Part shown: piece by piece, positions 7,681 to 18,608 of the stretch
Layout: the number at the start of each line of letters is the position of its first letter
Numbering within the stretch: the first letter of the stretch is position 1
DNA from: Bdellovibrionota bacterium
GTDB lineage: Bacteria; Bdellovibrionota_C; UBA2361; JBIKUX01
Direction: 5' to 3'
Length of the DNA stretch: 19,349 bases
Assembly (NCBI GenBank): GCA_044347345.1
Contig: JBIKUX010000032.1
Location: forward strand, 1-19,349
Program-made: the position numbers and the translations under genes
Notes under the pieces: model-generated
What the model was told of the DNA's origin: nothing
What the model saw: the letters and a program-made list of their open reading frames with translations, nothing else
Databases searched by the model: none

Positions 7681-8319
7681 ATGAGAATTTTAACCCCTGA
7701 CAAGATTGCTACTTTAACTTTTGATGATAAGGGTCTTATTCCCGCTATTGTACAGGATTTTACGACTCAACGAGTGTTGATGCTTGGATACATGAATCAT
7801 GAGGCAATTTTACGTACCTTTGATTCAAAACAAGTTACATTTTTTAGTCGATCAAAAGATAGGATATGGACAAAAGGTGAAACTTCCGGGAATTACTTAA
7901 AATTAAATACAATACTTTTTGACTGTGACAATGACGCTCTTTTGATTTTAGCGAATCCTGTAGGAGCAGTTTGTCATACTGGAACTGATACTTGCTTTGA
8001 TCAATCTAATGATCAAGATCCTCTTCTCTTTTTAAGAGAGCTTCGCGCCGTAATAGCTGGCAGGCAAAGTACCGCTCATTTAGAGGAGCAGTCTTACACC
8101 GCATCTCTTTTTAGAAAGGGTACTCCTAAAATAGCTCAAAAAGTAGGAGAAGAGGCAGTTGAGGTAGTTATAGAAGCTTTGCGGAATGATAAAGAGCGAT
8201 TTATTGAGGAGAGTGCTGACCTTATATTCCATCTTATGGTGCTATGTGCGCAGATGGACACGTCTTTTGAGGATATCTCGCGAGTACTCGCAATTCGTAA
8301 TCAACGTTCACGTGATTAG
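7681..8319 (+). CDS. hisIE: Bifunctional phosphoribosyl-AMP cyclohydrolase / phosphoribosyl-ATP pyrophosphatase
   Basis: HisI motifs GLIPAIVQD, VLMLGYMN, SRSK..WTKGETSGN, DCDNDA, CHTG..TCF. HisE motifs SYTASL, KVGEEAVE, ESADLIFH. Confidence 0.97.
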   Translation: MRILTPDKIATLTFDDKGLIPAIVQDFTTQRVLMLGYMNHEAILRTFDSKQVTFFSRSKDRIWTKGETSGNYLKLNTILFDCDNDALLILANPVGAVCHTGTDTCFDQSNDQDPLLFLRELRAVIAGRQSTAHLEEQSYTASLFRKGTPKIAQKVGEEAVEVVIEALRNDKERFIEESADLIFHLMVLCAQMDTSFEDISRVLAIRNQRSRD

Positions 8320-8328
8320 GTATTAGCT

Positions 8329-10269
8329 GTGCGAATTATTCATACTGCTGTAGGCTCTGTGAATCAAATTGTTCTTGATTGGACTGGTAATAGAGAACGT
8401 ATTCTTCGTGTTATTAAGGCTGCTCAAGATGTTAATGTTGATATCTTATGTTTGCCTGAATTAGCGGTTACTGGGTACGGAGCTGAAGATCTTTTTCTTG
8501 CTCCGTTTTTTTTAAAGCGAGCTTGGGAAGAGCTTCATTTAATTTCAAAGGAAGTTTCAGATACTCTTGTTTGCTTAGGTGTACCTGTTTTTTTCTCAGG
8601 AAAAGTTATAAATTGCGCAGCCTTTCTTCATCAAGGAAAAATTGTAGCAATAGTACCAAAGCAGTTTCTTGCTAATGATGGTATTCATTATGAGACGAGA
8701 TGGTTTACCCCTTGGCCTAAAAGAAAAATATTAGAATATCGAGGCATACCGTTAGGAGATCTAGTTTTAGATTGGGGTGGTGTGCGCATAGGTGTTGAAA
8801 TCTGCGAGGATAGTTGGATGGCAAATCGCCCTTCTGGCGGTTTTCCGTCTCGAGGAGTAGATTTAGTATGTCATCTAAATGCTAGCCATTTTTCAATAGG
8901 CAAGCACCCTACTCGACTTGTTTATATGAAGGATATAAGTCGCTCGGCTGGGGTAGCGGTGCTTGCTGCAAATCTACTCGGTAACGAAACTGGGAGAATA
9001 ATATTTGATGGAGACGGAACCATTATTGCTAATGGGGATGTTCTTGTTGAGAGTGATAGATTGTATCTAGGCGAGTGGTCGCTTACGTCTGCTTTTGTAG
9101 ACGTAGATAATCTTCGTCGAAGCAGAATGCAGAAAGCAGGTATTACTTTTGATATTCAAGATGAGCAACTAATTACCCTATCTGCTACTTCTCCTAAAGG
9201 TCTTGGTAGAACTGTACAAACTAATCCAAAAGAAGAATGGGATAAGGGTAGCGATATATCTGTGACTTACTCGGAAGTAACTAGAGCCGTCACTCTTGGC
9301 TTAAATGATTATTTGCGTAAATCTCTTACACAGGGAGTCGTAGTTAGTTTAAGTGGAGGAGTTGATTCTTCTATTACTGTTGCGTGTGCTGTGCTAACAC
9401 TTGCAAGATTGTATTTGCATTCAGAAGCGAGTAAAAATTTTCTTTCTGACGTAGATTTAGCTACAACAATTCGTAATCGCATTGTTGCCGTTTATCAGAG
9501 TACAAGGCAGAGCTCACAACCTACAGAAAATTTCGCTAGGCTATTTGCGCAAGATGTAGGAGTTACCTTTTATAAGTGGTGCCTTGATCCGATAATAGAT
9601 GAATATGAAAACCTGTTATTTGGAGTAACCGGCATAAAACCCTCTTGGGAATCTCATGATTTGTTAAAGCAAAACATTCAGTCTAGAGCTAGATCACCTG
9701 GATCATGGTTACTAAGTAACTTGAATAAATCATTATTGCTTACTACGGGTAATAGGAGTGAGGCTACTGTAGGATATGCTACTATGGATGGTGATACGAG
9801 TGGAGGATTAAATGTAATTGGAGGTCTTAGTAAAACATTTATTAGAGGTTGGGCAACATGGCTTTCAGCCAATAATAATTGGGGCGTTAATCTATCCTCT
9901 CTTGCTAAGATAGCACAGCAAGCACCAACAGCAGAGCTTCGTCCTGCACAATATAATCAAACTGATGAAGGAGATCTTATGTCGTACGATCTCCTAAATC
10001 GTATTGAGAAATGTCTTGTGTATGAGGGTAAAAGCCCCACAGAGACTTATGCAGTCTTAAAAGATGATTTTTTGATAGAAAATCGAGAAAATTTAATTAA
10101 AAACATCTCTCTTATTTATCGTAAGTGGGCTACTAACCAATGGAAGCGTGAGCGTTTAGCCCCTTGTTTTCATTTAGATGATTATAATGTAGATCCAAGA
10201 TCGTGGTGTCGTTTCCCTATACTTTCTGCAGCCTATGAGGAGGAAATAGCGCAGATTGAGAGTATATGA
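8329..10269 (+). CDS. nadE: Glutamine-dependent NAD+ synthetase
   Basis: N-terminal nitrilase-fold domain with an E-K-C triad (LPEL, VPK, EICED). C-terminal synthetase with SLSGGVDS, QNIQSRAR, TGNRSE, GYATMDGD, PTAEL, QTDEGDL, QWKR. GTG start. Confidence 0.95.
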   Translation: MRIIHTAVGSVNQIVLDWTGNRERILRVIKAAQDVNVDILCLPELAVTGYGAEDLFLAPFFLKRAWEELHLISKEVSDTLVCLGVPVFFSGKVINCAAFLHQGKIVAIVPKQFLANDGIHYETRWFTPWPKRKILEYRGIPLGDLVLDWGGVRIGVEICEDSWMANRPSGGFPSRGVDLVCHLNASHFSIGKHPTRLVYMKDISRSAGVAVLAANLLGNETGRIIFDGDGTIIANGDVLVESDRLYLGEWSLTSAFVDVDNLRRSRMQKAGITFDIQDEQLITLSATSPKGLGRTVQTNPKEEWDKGSDISVTYSEVTRAVTLGLNDYLRKSLTQGVVVSLSGGVDSSITVACAVLTLARLYLHSEASKNFLSDVDLATTIRNRIVAVYQSTRQSSQPTENFARLFAQDVGVTFYKWCLDPIIDEYENLLFGVTGIKPSWESHDLLKQNIQSRARSPGSWLLSNLNKSLLLTTGNRSEATVGYATMDGDTSGGLNVIGGLSKTFIRGWATWLSANNNWGVNLSSLAKIAQQAPTAELRPAQYNQTDEGDLMSYDLLNRIEKCLVYEGKSPTETYAVLKDDFLIENRENLIKNISLIYRKWATNQWKRERLAPCFHLDDYNVDPRSWCRFPILSAAYEEEIAQIESI

Positions 10270-10880
10270 ATAAAGCTAATGTTCGAGTAGCGTTATTTGG
10301 CGGTTCTTTTGATCCACCTCATATTGGCCATCTAATGGTCATTTCAGCGCTACTTAATTCAGATCTCGTAGAAGAAGTATGGTTAGTTCCGAGTGGTATC
10401 CGTCCCGATAAGAGCTACTATTCTAGTACGCTTGATAGACTGACTCTTGTATACGCTCTTCTTTTTGAATCAGGAATTCCAGCGGGAAGATTAAGAGTAT
10501 GTGAAGCTGAGATTCAAGGCAAAGTGCCTGGTGTAGGCACTGCTAATTTATTGAGATTTTTAAGAAAGCAATATACTAATAAAAATTTCTTTTTTGTCAT
10601 AGGTAGTGATCTTGTAATGCAATTGCCAAATTGGCTGGATCCTGATTACTTAAGATTAAGTGTACCTTTTCTTACTATTACACGGGGTGATTATCCTTCA
10701 CTCTCATCCGATGTAGACTCAGAAGTAAAAGGCTTTAACTTACACTCAGTGCCTCAGCCCTTTGTTTGTACCATCTCAAGTTCGGAATTACGCACCCTTA
10801 TAAAGAATGGTAAAGTAATTAATGGGTATATTCCTAAATTAGTAGCCGAGGCTATTAAAGCTTTGGGTCTTTATCGCTAA
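10266..10880 (+). CDS. nadD: Nicotinate-nucleotide adenylyltransferase
   Basis: FGGSFDPPHIGH, FVIGSD..LPNW, ISSSELR. ATGA overlap with nadE. Confidence 0.92.
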   Translation: MNKANVRVALFGGSFDPPHIGHLMVISALLNSDLVEEVWLVPSGIRPDKSYYSSTLDRLTLVYALLFESGIPAGRLRVCEAEIQGKVPGVGTANLLRFLRKQYTNKNFFFVIGSDLVMQLPNWLDPDYLRLSVPFLTITRGDYPSLSSDVDSEVKGFNLHSVPQPFVCTISSSELRTLIKNGKVINGYIPKLVAEAIKALGLYR

Positions 10881-11060
10881 TTATTACCCACCTCTCTAAC
10901 CTTTTTTTCAGAAATTTGACGAGTTTAGACAAGGAAATTGCTACGAAAATTGTTAAGGGAATTAATCATCATCCCGACTTAGTTGCAAGTGTTGTGTAAT
11001 TTGCCCTCAAGTTACCTTACGAAAAAGAAGTATAAACTAAGGAATGGGGCTTAGTAGTAT

Positions 11061-14000
11061 ATGAATTTGTTTCGATTTTTCTTTGCTGGTCTGATTTCTT
11101 TTATTTTACTTACTAGTGGCGGTCATCAGACTTCAGAAGCCCTGACAGGAGAAAAATTACCCCTGTTTACGGTAAAGATCTTAGATGGAATCAGGGTTTC
11201 ATCAAAGTATGTTCTCAATGGTTCGGTATTACGCGCTAAAACCCCGATTAGCGTGTTGTTAGTTCCTAATTCGTCTGAATATTTAGGTAATTCATTAGTT
11301 ACTGGAGCAAGTGGTCTAATTAAATGCAAAAGTAAAATAGGTAAGATTCAACGATCGCGCTCTTTCCGCTCTACTAGTTCTAGTTTTGTTCTTCGTCCAG
11401 ACGCAGGCTCATGCACGTTGACCGGTGAAGTAACTCTTTCCGACGGACGCAGAGAGGCTATCACAGAAAGCAGCTTTACTAGTGTTTCTTTAAAGAAAAA
11501 AAAGCGACCAGGACAGCTTGATAAAAGAGGTAAGCTAGCTATTTCACTTGTAACCGAAAGTGGTTCGGTTCTTCCATTAAGCTCAATACAAACTATTAAC
11601 AGCCAAAAGCAGTATCCAGCTAACGAAGTCTCTATGGCTGTAGATGCGCAATTTTTCGACACCAAGAGCAGGGGAAAGAGTAGACTCCTCAGAGGTAAGA
11701 AGTTAACTGTAACTGTCATATCGCCACGAGGAATTGTAAGTATAACTGAAGCTGATTCAACTCAAGGATTAGTGAAGCTAGGGTTAAATATACTTTCTGC
11801 CGGTACTTACTTAATTAAGGTCACAGTTAAAGGTAGTAGTGCTTCTCAATTAGGGGAAGTAGCGTTTGTGGTTACACTACCTCCATCTTTGATTGGTCCC
11901 CCATTATTGAATCGCACGATTACTCCTAGACCGTTGCCAACAAGTGGGAGTTCGTCATTCTATAAAGCTTTTGATTTTGGGAGTAGGCAATCTATTACTA
12001 TAGACGGAAAAGTCTGGGAAGGTGTAGGTGATGCTTCTGTAAAAAGTGATTCGTCAATTTCTACAAATGGTATAACAAAATATCTTACTCCTTCAGTAAA
12101 CCTAGATCCGTTTGTGAGCGGACCACTCTTTTCCATGCTTAAAAATTTCTTGTGGAAAGAAGAAGGTGTAAAAGTTACAGTGACCGGATTACCAAATGGT
12201 ATATATGAGATATTTGTTTATACAGTAGAAGATAATGAACCGGCTACCTTTGATCTTTTTTTAAACAACAAAATTGCAAAACGTAACATCGCTTCTGGTT
12301 CAGCTGGATTCTGGCAAAGAATTGGTCCGGTTAGAATTGAAGTAACAAACGGTTTAATTGTTCTAGAAGGAAAAAATGAGCATGTTAACTTAGCAGGTGC
12401 TGAGTTATTTAAAATTGATAGAGTAACAACTCCACAAATAACTCAGACTCCTAAGCCTATAACTCAAACTACTCCGATAGCTGTCCCTCAAATAACTCCA
12501 ACACTAGTATCCATAACTACTCCAACACCTTCAGTGGTTGTATCACCTAGCTTTGCCCCAGTACCGGGATTTACGCTTACTCCATCACTGACAAGCACGC
12601 CAAATAACGGAGATATTATCACTAGTGGATTATTACAAGAATTCAAACTTAAGGAGCGTTTTGCTGTATCCCACTCAGATCAAATAGTGGAACTTGATTT
12701 ATCATCCATTGCTCAAAAATCACTTGCAGCCGCTTTTGTGAGTGGCCAATACAGAGCAGCTTTATTAACTTCACCTGGTGGAGTAGAGATACCATTTCAG
12801 GTAATTGAAGAGGGTAAAAAGCTTGCCATTCGCACTAACCTTGCCTCTGGTGAAGAAAAAAAGTGGCAACTAATGGTAGGTAGAAATCCATCTGTGATGG
12901 CAAGTTCTCCGTTATCTATCTCTGAAACAGCTGATCACATTGAAATAGCTTCTGGATTGACTGCACTAAGATTGCCCAACTTTGCGACTCCTGGAAAAGC
13001 GGTAGGGTATACGTCAGCCAATTCGCCGTCGAAGGCTTTGAGAAATCTACCTCATATTGCACCAAACGAATCATTATTCGCTCTAGCACCGATTCAAGGA
13101 GTGCGTCTAGCGAATGGAATATGGACAGCAAGTGGCTCTAATATGCTTGTAGCTCGTGCTAATAAGTTATTAGAAGCGAGTGTCCGGTTTATAGAAAAGG
13201 GTCCATTACGACTAGTAGCGCAAGTTTCATATAAATTTGAAAAGCCAGTATATGATTATGGCTCAACAATTATTTCAAATGCTGGGTTGGGATATTACTC
13301 ATTTACCGTTAAGGCTGAAGCAGGTCAGCCATCCTTTGTATTTGAGGAGGATACTGACCTTGATATGATTTGGGCATTAAATATGCACGAAGGTTTAAAT
13401 CCAGACCAGGCTCGGTACAGGGCTAATTTGAGTAGTTCAGTAGAGAGAGGTCGAGAGCCTGATGGGAGAAAATATCGTCCTTGGCATGAACGTGCTGGTT
13501 TAGATGCTTTGGTTGATCTTAAGTATCCTGAACAGCCAGATGTACGACCATTTATGGCTGTTTGGAATCCTTGGATTTACGACGCAGGTTGGTACTGGCA
13601 GGCTTTTGATTCAAAGGCAAATTCTTCAGCAAATCTTGTAGGGTTATTTGCCGGTCGGGCTTCACGCGCCTTGGGAGCGCACAACAGCGGAGTGTCTGTA
13701 TTTACTCAAGCAGCGGATCCGAGAAACTTATCAAAAAAAGTATTCGGTTTTGCTGTTGAGAGTTACCGAAGGGGGCATGATGCGCGTATTTTTCCGCGCA
13801 GTCGTTTTCAGTGGGGTCTTTATCTAACAAACCGTGAGCAACTCAAAGCTCCTGAAGAGGTGCAGCCTATTAACAGACAGATGAACATTCACGGAGGATT
13901 GAATTTAAGTAAAATAAATAGATGGGTATTTGACTTTCCTGATCCATCTCAAGGCTACGGTGCTGCATTCATGAGTAGGTCAGCTATGGAAGCTCTTCGT

Positions 14001-17000
14001 AAAAGAGTAAGGGAAGACAATGATTACTATAACTTTCTTGTTCAGAAAGATTCATGGACCCGTCCTATACTTGATTCATGGCGTGAGTCAGGACGCGAAA
14101 AATTAGCGCAATCAGTTCAGTCCGTGGTGAAAGACGCTAAGGAGATGATGGATACTCTCATAAATGGTCAGGGGGTAATGGATTTAAAGCATCATTATTG
14201 GATGGGTGGCCTAATCGCTCAGCGAAATGGTGTATGGCTTGATCAGCTACTTGCGGATTCTCGTCTAACAGATTTAGAGCGGGCTAGTCTAAAAGCTGCA
14301 GCGGTTTTATTTGGTGAAGTAATGTGGGATGAGGATCACTCTCCAATTGGTATTGAGAGTATCGGAGTAAACTTGGGTAATGAAAATATGGCGTTGCAAC
14401 ATTCTGGTTATCGCCAGTTTTACGCGTTATTTTTGGCAAGAAACCCCACCATGTCCCAAAGGGTAAACCAAGTTGAACAAAAAGTGAGAGCTAGCTTAGA
14501 GCAGCAAGTTGATGAGAGTGGGGCTCATATTGGTAGTAGTCACTATATGTCAGCTTCGTTTACACCAACATTGAATATTATTTTACAGTTAGAGCAGCTT
14601 GGAAGATCACCTTTTGCTAACTGGCCGAAGCTTAACAAATTTGCGGAGTATCTATTAAATATTCAGGCACCAAGCGACCCTCGTAGAGATAGAAAGCGCA
14701 CGATATTAACTTTTGGTGATGCTGGAATTGAGGGTTCGGCACTTTATGGACTACTCGGGACTGGGTTTTCAAATGCGAATCCATCACTTTCGCGCCGATT
14801 AATGGCTGCATGGAGAGTCGGAGGCAAAGAGCACTCTGCCTTTTTTGGTTCTAGTTTAATGATGATAGATGACACTCTGAGCAGTGTTGAAGTGCCCCTT
14901 GGTGATGCTTTCTTTGCTGGAAGTATGGGAATATTACGACATGGTTGGAATACAGCTAATGAAACAGCATTGTTTCTTTTAGCCGGAAATCATTACCGTG
15001 ACCACCGACATGAGGGAGATGTAGGTTCTATATCTCTATATGGTCTTGGAGTTCCTTTATCAACAGATTGGGCATCTCTTTATGAGCCGCACGTTCCAGG
15101 CGCTTATCAGCACTCTACTGTTGTGCCTGAAGATGCTATCGGTCACTCATGGGCTCAAAATGGTTCAGCGCTTAATCAAGGAAGTTATATTTGGTCTCAG
15201 TCGAATCAGGAAGACTTTTCATCAAATTCTGGTGGCGCCTTTGTGCGAGCAAAAATGAAGAGAGCCAATTCTAAGCTTGATTGGACTCGGACAGCGACTG
15301 TTGTGAGATTAGCTGAAGATTTGCCTGTAATTGTAATTCAAGATCGATTTAGTGGTGAGCAATCTAGAGTGCCGAAGGTAGCAAGTTTTAACTTAATGGC
15401 ACAAGGTTCAGTAATGACCTCTGGTGGCATGATTACACCACCGCAACATACCCATCCTAAAGCTCAGCGGGAAGAGTCACCACCTGCATCGCATCTTCCT
15501 TCGTCATCTTTACCGATAAGCTTCTCTGCTGGAGCAAACGAATTTGGGTTCACAGGACGACATGGGGTTGATTTCTCAGTATTTGTAATAGGAGATGAGC
15601 CTCACGATGTAGCTATAGGTAATTGGGGTGTAACGGCTTGGGGAAATGGTTTAACGCCAAATAAAGAAGAAAGACAACATATTTTACGAGTGAAGTCTAA
15701 TGGCACATTTAATACGGTATTAGTTCCCTGGAGAGCAGGTAACAAGCCCTCTGGACTTTCGGTAACAAAAGATGGAAGCAATATTAAAATTGTGGCATCT
15801 GGCAAATTAACTATAGTAGCTCCAGACGGCTCATGGCAAACAAACTCTATGTCGCAACAAACACAAACACCTTTAGCTGTTACAGTTAGTGTGCCATCTC
15901 CTACGGCCACGCCGACTTTATCTACCACGGCGACTTTATCTCCTACGGCGACAGCTTTTTTTACTCCAACTGTCAATTCCACTCCTACTTTTACACCGAT
16001 TCAAATACCTTCTTTTATACCTACGGCTATAGTTATTCCTACTGCTACTCCGGTACTTGAGTCAACTGCAACTATAAATGCAACTGTAACTGTAACCGCA
16101 ACCGCAGCTATTATTCCAACTGTTACTTTTACTCCAACTATGACTCCAATAGTTATAGCTAGTCCTACGCCAACAGCAGTAGTTTCTCCTACGCTTGCAC
16201 CAACCTCTATTCCTACACCTTCTTTGGTATCACAAGTGCATTTTTCTTCTAGTTATACTTTTACAGGAGGAAGTGTAGGAGTAGGGTTAGCTACGGGTGA
16301 CTTTGATGGAGATGGGAATCTTGATGCTGCTACAACGAATAACGGGCCTGTAAGACTTTGGTGGGGTAATGGGGACGGAACTTTTGCGCAAGGAGATACT
16401 ATCTCAAAGCATGGTATTAATTTTAGCCATCTAGGATCGGGAGATTTTAATGAGGACGGGAGAGTTGATTTAGTTTTTGGTTCAATTCAGGGAGAATTAA
16501 ACATTGCCTTAAACCAAGGAGGAGGAGCTTTTCAAGCACCAGTAACTATACCAATTTACTTACCAGGTAACACCAAGCCGTTAGTAAATGATTTTGATGG
16601 AGACGGCAATCTTGATATTTTAGCTGGTGGAAATGGTAGAGCGCAGATTTTATATGGCGACGGTGGTGGAGCATTTACAAGTGCGACCTTTTTAACGTGG
16701 GGCAGTAATATTGTCATCCCTGCTGTGGGAGATATTAACAGTGACGGAGAGAATGATATTATACTCACAGATATAGAGTGGGGTGGCGGTGCGGCAATAT
16801 TTACAAAAGTTGGTGCTAGAAGTTATGAGTTCTCCGGAACCATATCAGAACCTGGCAATGTATATGCATCAGCTTTAGCTGATTTTAATAAGGATGGAAA
16901 TCTTGACCGAGTATCTATTCGTGATCAGGAATCAAATGGTCTTGCTGGGATTTCATTTGGAAACGGAACTATAATTCTAAGCCCATTGTCATCTATTAAC

Positions 17001-18608
17001 TTGACTAATGTACCGGGGGGGCCAAATAGAGAGCTTTTAGCGCATGATTTTAATGGTGATGGAAATATTGATATTTTAGCTGCGTCTCGTCCTCCTCCTT
17101 ATGATGCGGGCTCTTTATTTTTATCCACCAATAATGGAGACGGCACATTTAAGTCTCCGGTTACAGTGGGCCCATCCAGTCATCTTGATTACGGCCTTGC
17201 ACTTGGCGATATAAATAATGACGGAATAGTTGATATTATAACTTCAGTAGGAGCGATAATTGTATCGCGAACTGGTTTAACTCCAACGCCTGAGTCAACG
17301 CTAACGCTAACACCAACTCCTACTGCAACAGCGACGTTGACACCAACGCCTGAGTCAACGCTAACGCTAACACCAACTCCTACTGCAACACCGACATTGA
17401 CACCAACGCCTGAGCCAACTGCAACTGTAACTGCAACACCAACGGCAACTTTTCCGCCAATCCCAACTCCAACTCCAACTGCAACTGCAACTGCAACTGC
17501 AACTGCAACACCAACGGCAACTTTTCCGCCAATCCCAACATTAACTCCAACTCCAGTGGTTACTCAGTCCGTTCAATTTACATCGAGTGCTGTTTTTGCA
17601 GGAGGTGGCACAGGTATTGGGGTAGCTACTGCTGATTTTAATGAAGACGGTAAACTTGATGCTGTAACAACAGGTCATAGTCGAGGCACATTATGGCTAG
17701 GGAACGGGGACGGCACTTTCGTGCAAGGTGCTCGTATCCCGGCTGAACATTCTGGCTTTGGTTATGGATTAATTGGTTCAGGAGATTTTAATGAGGACGG
17801 AGCTCCAGATCTTGTTATGAGTGAACTAAATGGCCAATTACATATAGCATTAAATCAAGGTGCCGGAATTTTTCCTCAAAATCTTGTACCGATACCTGAG
17901 TTGGCGGTAGTTGTAAATCAGCAGACTCGTCCTGTTGTAGAAGATTTCGACAAGGATGGGCACTTAGATATAGCGGTGGGAGGTCGCACTGGTAACGCTC
18001 AGATATTTTACGGAGAGGGTAATGGATTATTTTTAAATTCAATCATCTTAACATGGGGTGATCATATTCATGACTTGGCCGTAGGAGATATCAACAACGA
18101 CGGGCAAAGAGATATAATTTTAACAGATGTAAATTATAATGCTGGAGCGAGGCAATTTATAAAAACTGGAGCAAGGACTTATCAGATTGGTAATTACATC
18201 GGTGAAGGTGGTAATCGCTACGTGACTACTCTTTCGGATTTGAATAAAGATGGTAATCTTGATCGCGTATCCATTTTAGATCAGACGGTCAATGGAATTG
18301 CTGGCATATCCTTTGGTGATGGTTTAGTGATACCTAATCCTTCTGTTTACAATAATTTTACGATTAGCGGGTCATCATATTATAGAGAAATAGCCACAAG
18401 AGATTTCAATGGTGATAGCAATATTGACATATTAACTCTTGGTAATAACAACTTTTTTCTTTCTCTTGGTCGAGGAGATGGTACATTTAATCCTCCTGTA
18501 TTAGTAGGGCCAGGGGGTGGGGCTGGACTGTCTCTTGCTGATGTTAATAAAGATGGAATAACAGATATCGTATCTTCTGTTGGAGTGCTGATAGCTTCTA
18601 TCAATTAA
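11061..18608 (+). CDS. Giant secreted multidomain protein: putative carbohydrate-binding module, heparinase II/III-like lyase core, Pro/Thr linkers, two FG-GAP/VCBS propellers
   Basis: Sec-type signal [19 protein letters not shown]...SEA. Beta-sandwich-like module at about 11958-12416. P/T-rich linkers at about 12424-12603, 15860-16225 and 17271-17560. Motif [22 protein letters not shown]...HSTV at 15003-15122. Fourteen D-[FILV]-[DN]-x-D-[GS]-x-x-D motifs in two blocks of seven. Confidence 0.85.
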   Translation: MNLFRFFFAGLISFILLTSGGHQTSEALTGEKLPLFTVKILDGIRVSSKYVLNGSVLRAKTPISVLLVPNSSEYLGNSLVTGASGLIKCKSKIGKIQRSRSFRSTSSSFVLRPDAGSCTLTGEVTLSDGRREAITESSFTSVSLKKKKRPGQLDKRGKLAISLVTESGSVLPLSSIQTINSQKQYPANEVSMAVDAQFFDTKSRGKSRLLRGKKLTVTVISPRGIVSITEADSTQGLVKLGLNILSAGTYLIKVTVKGSSASQLGEVAFVVTLPPSLIGPPLLNRTITPRPLPTSGSSSFYKAFDFGSRQSITIDGKVWEGVGDASVKSDSSISTNGITKYLTPSVNLDPFVSGPLFSMLKNFLWKEEGVKVTVTGLPNGIYEIFVYTVEDNEPATFDLFLNNKIAKRNIASGSAGFWQRIGPVRIEVTNGLIVLEGKNEHVNLAGAELFKIDRVTTPQITQTPKPITQTTPIAVPQITPTLVSITTPTPSVVVSPSFAPVPGFTLTPSLTSTPNNGDIITSGLLQEFKLKERFAVSHSDQIVELDLSSIAQKSLAAAFVSGQYRAALLTSPGGVEIPFQVIEEGKKLAIRTNLASGEEKKWQLMVGRNPSVMASSPLSISETADHIEIASGLTALRLPNFATPGKAVGYTSANSPSKALRNLPHIAPNESLFALAPIQGVRLANGIWTASGSNMLVARANKLLEASVRFIEKGPLRLVAQVSYKFEKPVYDYGSTIISNAGLGYYSFTVKAEAGQPSFVFEEDTDLDMIWALNMHEGLNPDQARYRANLSSSVERGREPDGRKYRPWHERAGLDALVDLKYPEQPDVRPFMAVWNPWIYDAGWYWQAFDSKANSSANLVGLFAGRASRALGAHNSGVSVFTQAADPRNLSKKVFGFAVESYRRGHDARIFPRSRFQWGLYLTNREQLKAPEEVQPINRQMNIHGGLNLSKINRWVFDFPDPSQGYGAAFMSRSAMEALRKRVREDNDYYNFLVQKDSWTRPILDSWRESGREKLAQSVQSVVKDAKEMMDTLINGQGVMDLKHHYWMGGLIAQRNGVWLDQLLADSRLTDLERASLKAAAVLFGEVMWDEDHSPIGIESIGVNLGNENMALQHSGYRQFYALFLARNPTMSQRVNQVEQKVRASLEQQVDESGAHIGSSHYMSASFTPTLNIILQLEQLGRSPFANWPKLNKFAEYLLNIQAPSDPRRDRKRTILTFGDAGIEGSALYGLLGTGFSNANPSLSRRLMAAWRVGGKEHSAFFGSSLMMIDDTLSSVEVPLGDAFFAGSMGILRHGWNTANETALFLLAGNHYRDHRHEGDVGSISLYGLGVPLSTDWASLYEPHVPGAYQHSTVVPEDAIGHSWAQNGSALNQGSYIWSQSNQEDFSSNSGGAFVRAKMKRANSKLDWTRTATVVRLAEDLPVIVIQDRFSGEQSRVPKVASFNLMAQGSVMTSGGMITPPQHTHPKAQREESPPASHLPSSSLPISFSAGANEFGFTGRHGVDFSVFVIGDEPHDVAIGNWGVTAWGNGLTPNKEERQHILRVKSNGTFNTVLVPWRAGNKPSGLSVTKDGSNIKIVASGKLTIVAPDGSWQTNSMSQQTQTPLAVTVSVPSPTATPTLSTTATLSPTATAFFTPTVNSTPTFTPIQIPSFIPTAIVIPTATPVLESTATINATVTVTATAAIIPTVTFTPTMTPIVIASPTPTAVVSPTLAPTSIPTPSLVSQVHFSSSYTFTGGSVGVGLATGDFDGDGNLDAATTNNGPVRLWWGNGDGTFAQGDTISKHGINFSHLGSGDFNEDGRVDLVFGSIQGELNIALNQGGGAFQAPVTIPIYLPGNTKPLVNDFDGDGNLDILAGGNGRAQILYGDGGGAFTSATFLTWGSNIVIPAVGDINSDGENDIILTDIEWGGGAAIFTKVGARSYEFSGTISEPGNVYASALADFNKDGNLDRVSIRDQESNGLAGISFGNGTIILSPLSSINLTNVPGGPNRELLAHDFNGDGNIDILAASRPPPYDAGSLFLSTNNGDGTFKSPVTVGPSSHLDYGLALGDINNDGIVDIITSVGAIIVSRTGLTPTPESTLTLTPTPTATATLTPTPESTLTLTPTPTATPTLTPTPEPTATVTATPTATFPPIPTPTPTATATATATATPTATFPPIPTLTPTPVVTQSVQFTSSAVFAGGGTGIGVATADFNEDGKLDAVTTGHSRGTLWLGNGDGTFVQGARIPAEHSGFGYGLIGSGDFNEDGAPDLVMSELNGQLHIALNQGAGIFPQNLVPIPELAVVVNQQTRPVVEDFDKDGHLDIAVGGRTGNAQIFYGEGNGLFLNSIILTWGDHIHDLAVGDINNDGQRDIILTDVNYNAGARQFIKTGARTYQIGNYIGEGGNRYVTTLSDLNKDGNLDRVSILDQTVNGIAGISFGDGLVIPNPSVYNNFTISGSSYYREIATRDFNGDSNIDILTLGNNNFFLSLGRGDGTFNPPVLVGPGGGAGLSLADVNKDGITDIVSSVGVLIASIN
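16233..17267 (+). repeat. FG-GAP/VCBS propeller copy 1 (7 Ca-binding blade motifs)
   Basis: [63 protein letters not shown]. Confidence 0.9.
17281..17539 (+). repeat. Nested in-frame tandem repeats encoding a Pro/Thr/Ala linker
   Basis: 60-bp unit at 17281-17340 and 17341-17400 (57/60 identical) plus a partial third copy. Exact 39-bp repeat at 17429-17467 and 17501-17539. (AACTCC)2(AACTGC)5 at 17465-17506. Confidence 0.92.
17568..18605 (+). repeat. FG-GAP/VCBS propeller copy 2 (7 blade motifs), paralogous to copy 1
   Basis: [63 protein letters not shown]. Colinear with copy 1 (e.g. [27 protein letters not shown]). Confidence 0.9.

Noticed and set aside
10881-11060. Sigma70 promoter or terminator between nadD and the giant gene
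   Set aside because: TTGACG (10916-10921) and TATAAA (11031-11036) have no correctly spaced partners, and the T-run near 10902 lacks a preceding stem.
11044-11064. Six-codon ORF MGLSSI whose TGA overlaps the giant gene ATG
   Set aside because: The SD-like AAGG is only 1 nt from the ATG and the codons are uninformative. It shows that such overlaps can arise by chance, which is a caution for the His micro-ORF.
17015-17021. G7 tract in the giant gene (and several T8/A8 tracts) as phase-variation sites
   Set aside because: The tracts are short, the frames are intact, and A/T runs are expected at this base composition.
17281-17539. CRISPR array or DGR template/variable repeat
   Set aside because: The repeats are contiguous, in-frame coding units without unique spacers. 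There is no cas or reverse transcriptase gene and no adenine-specific mismatch pattern.
5246-18604. Small alternative-frame or antisense ORFs inside his, nad and the giant gene (e.g. 5246..5503, 5909..6103, 6931..7209, 9678..9872, 11348..11719, 15602..15982, 18380..18604)
   Set aside because: Fully nested in well-supported genes and lacking recognisable motifs.
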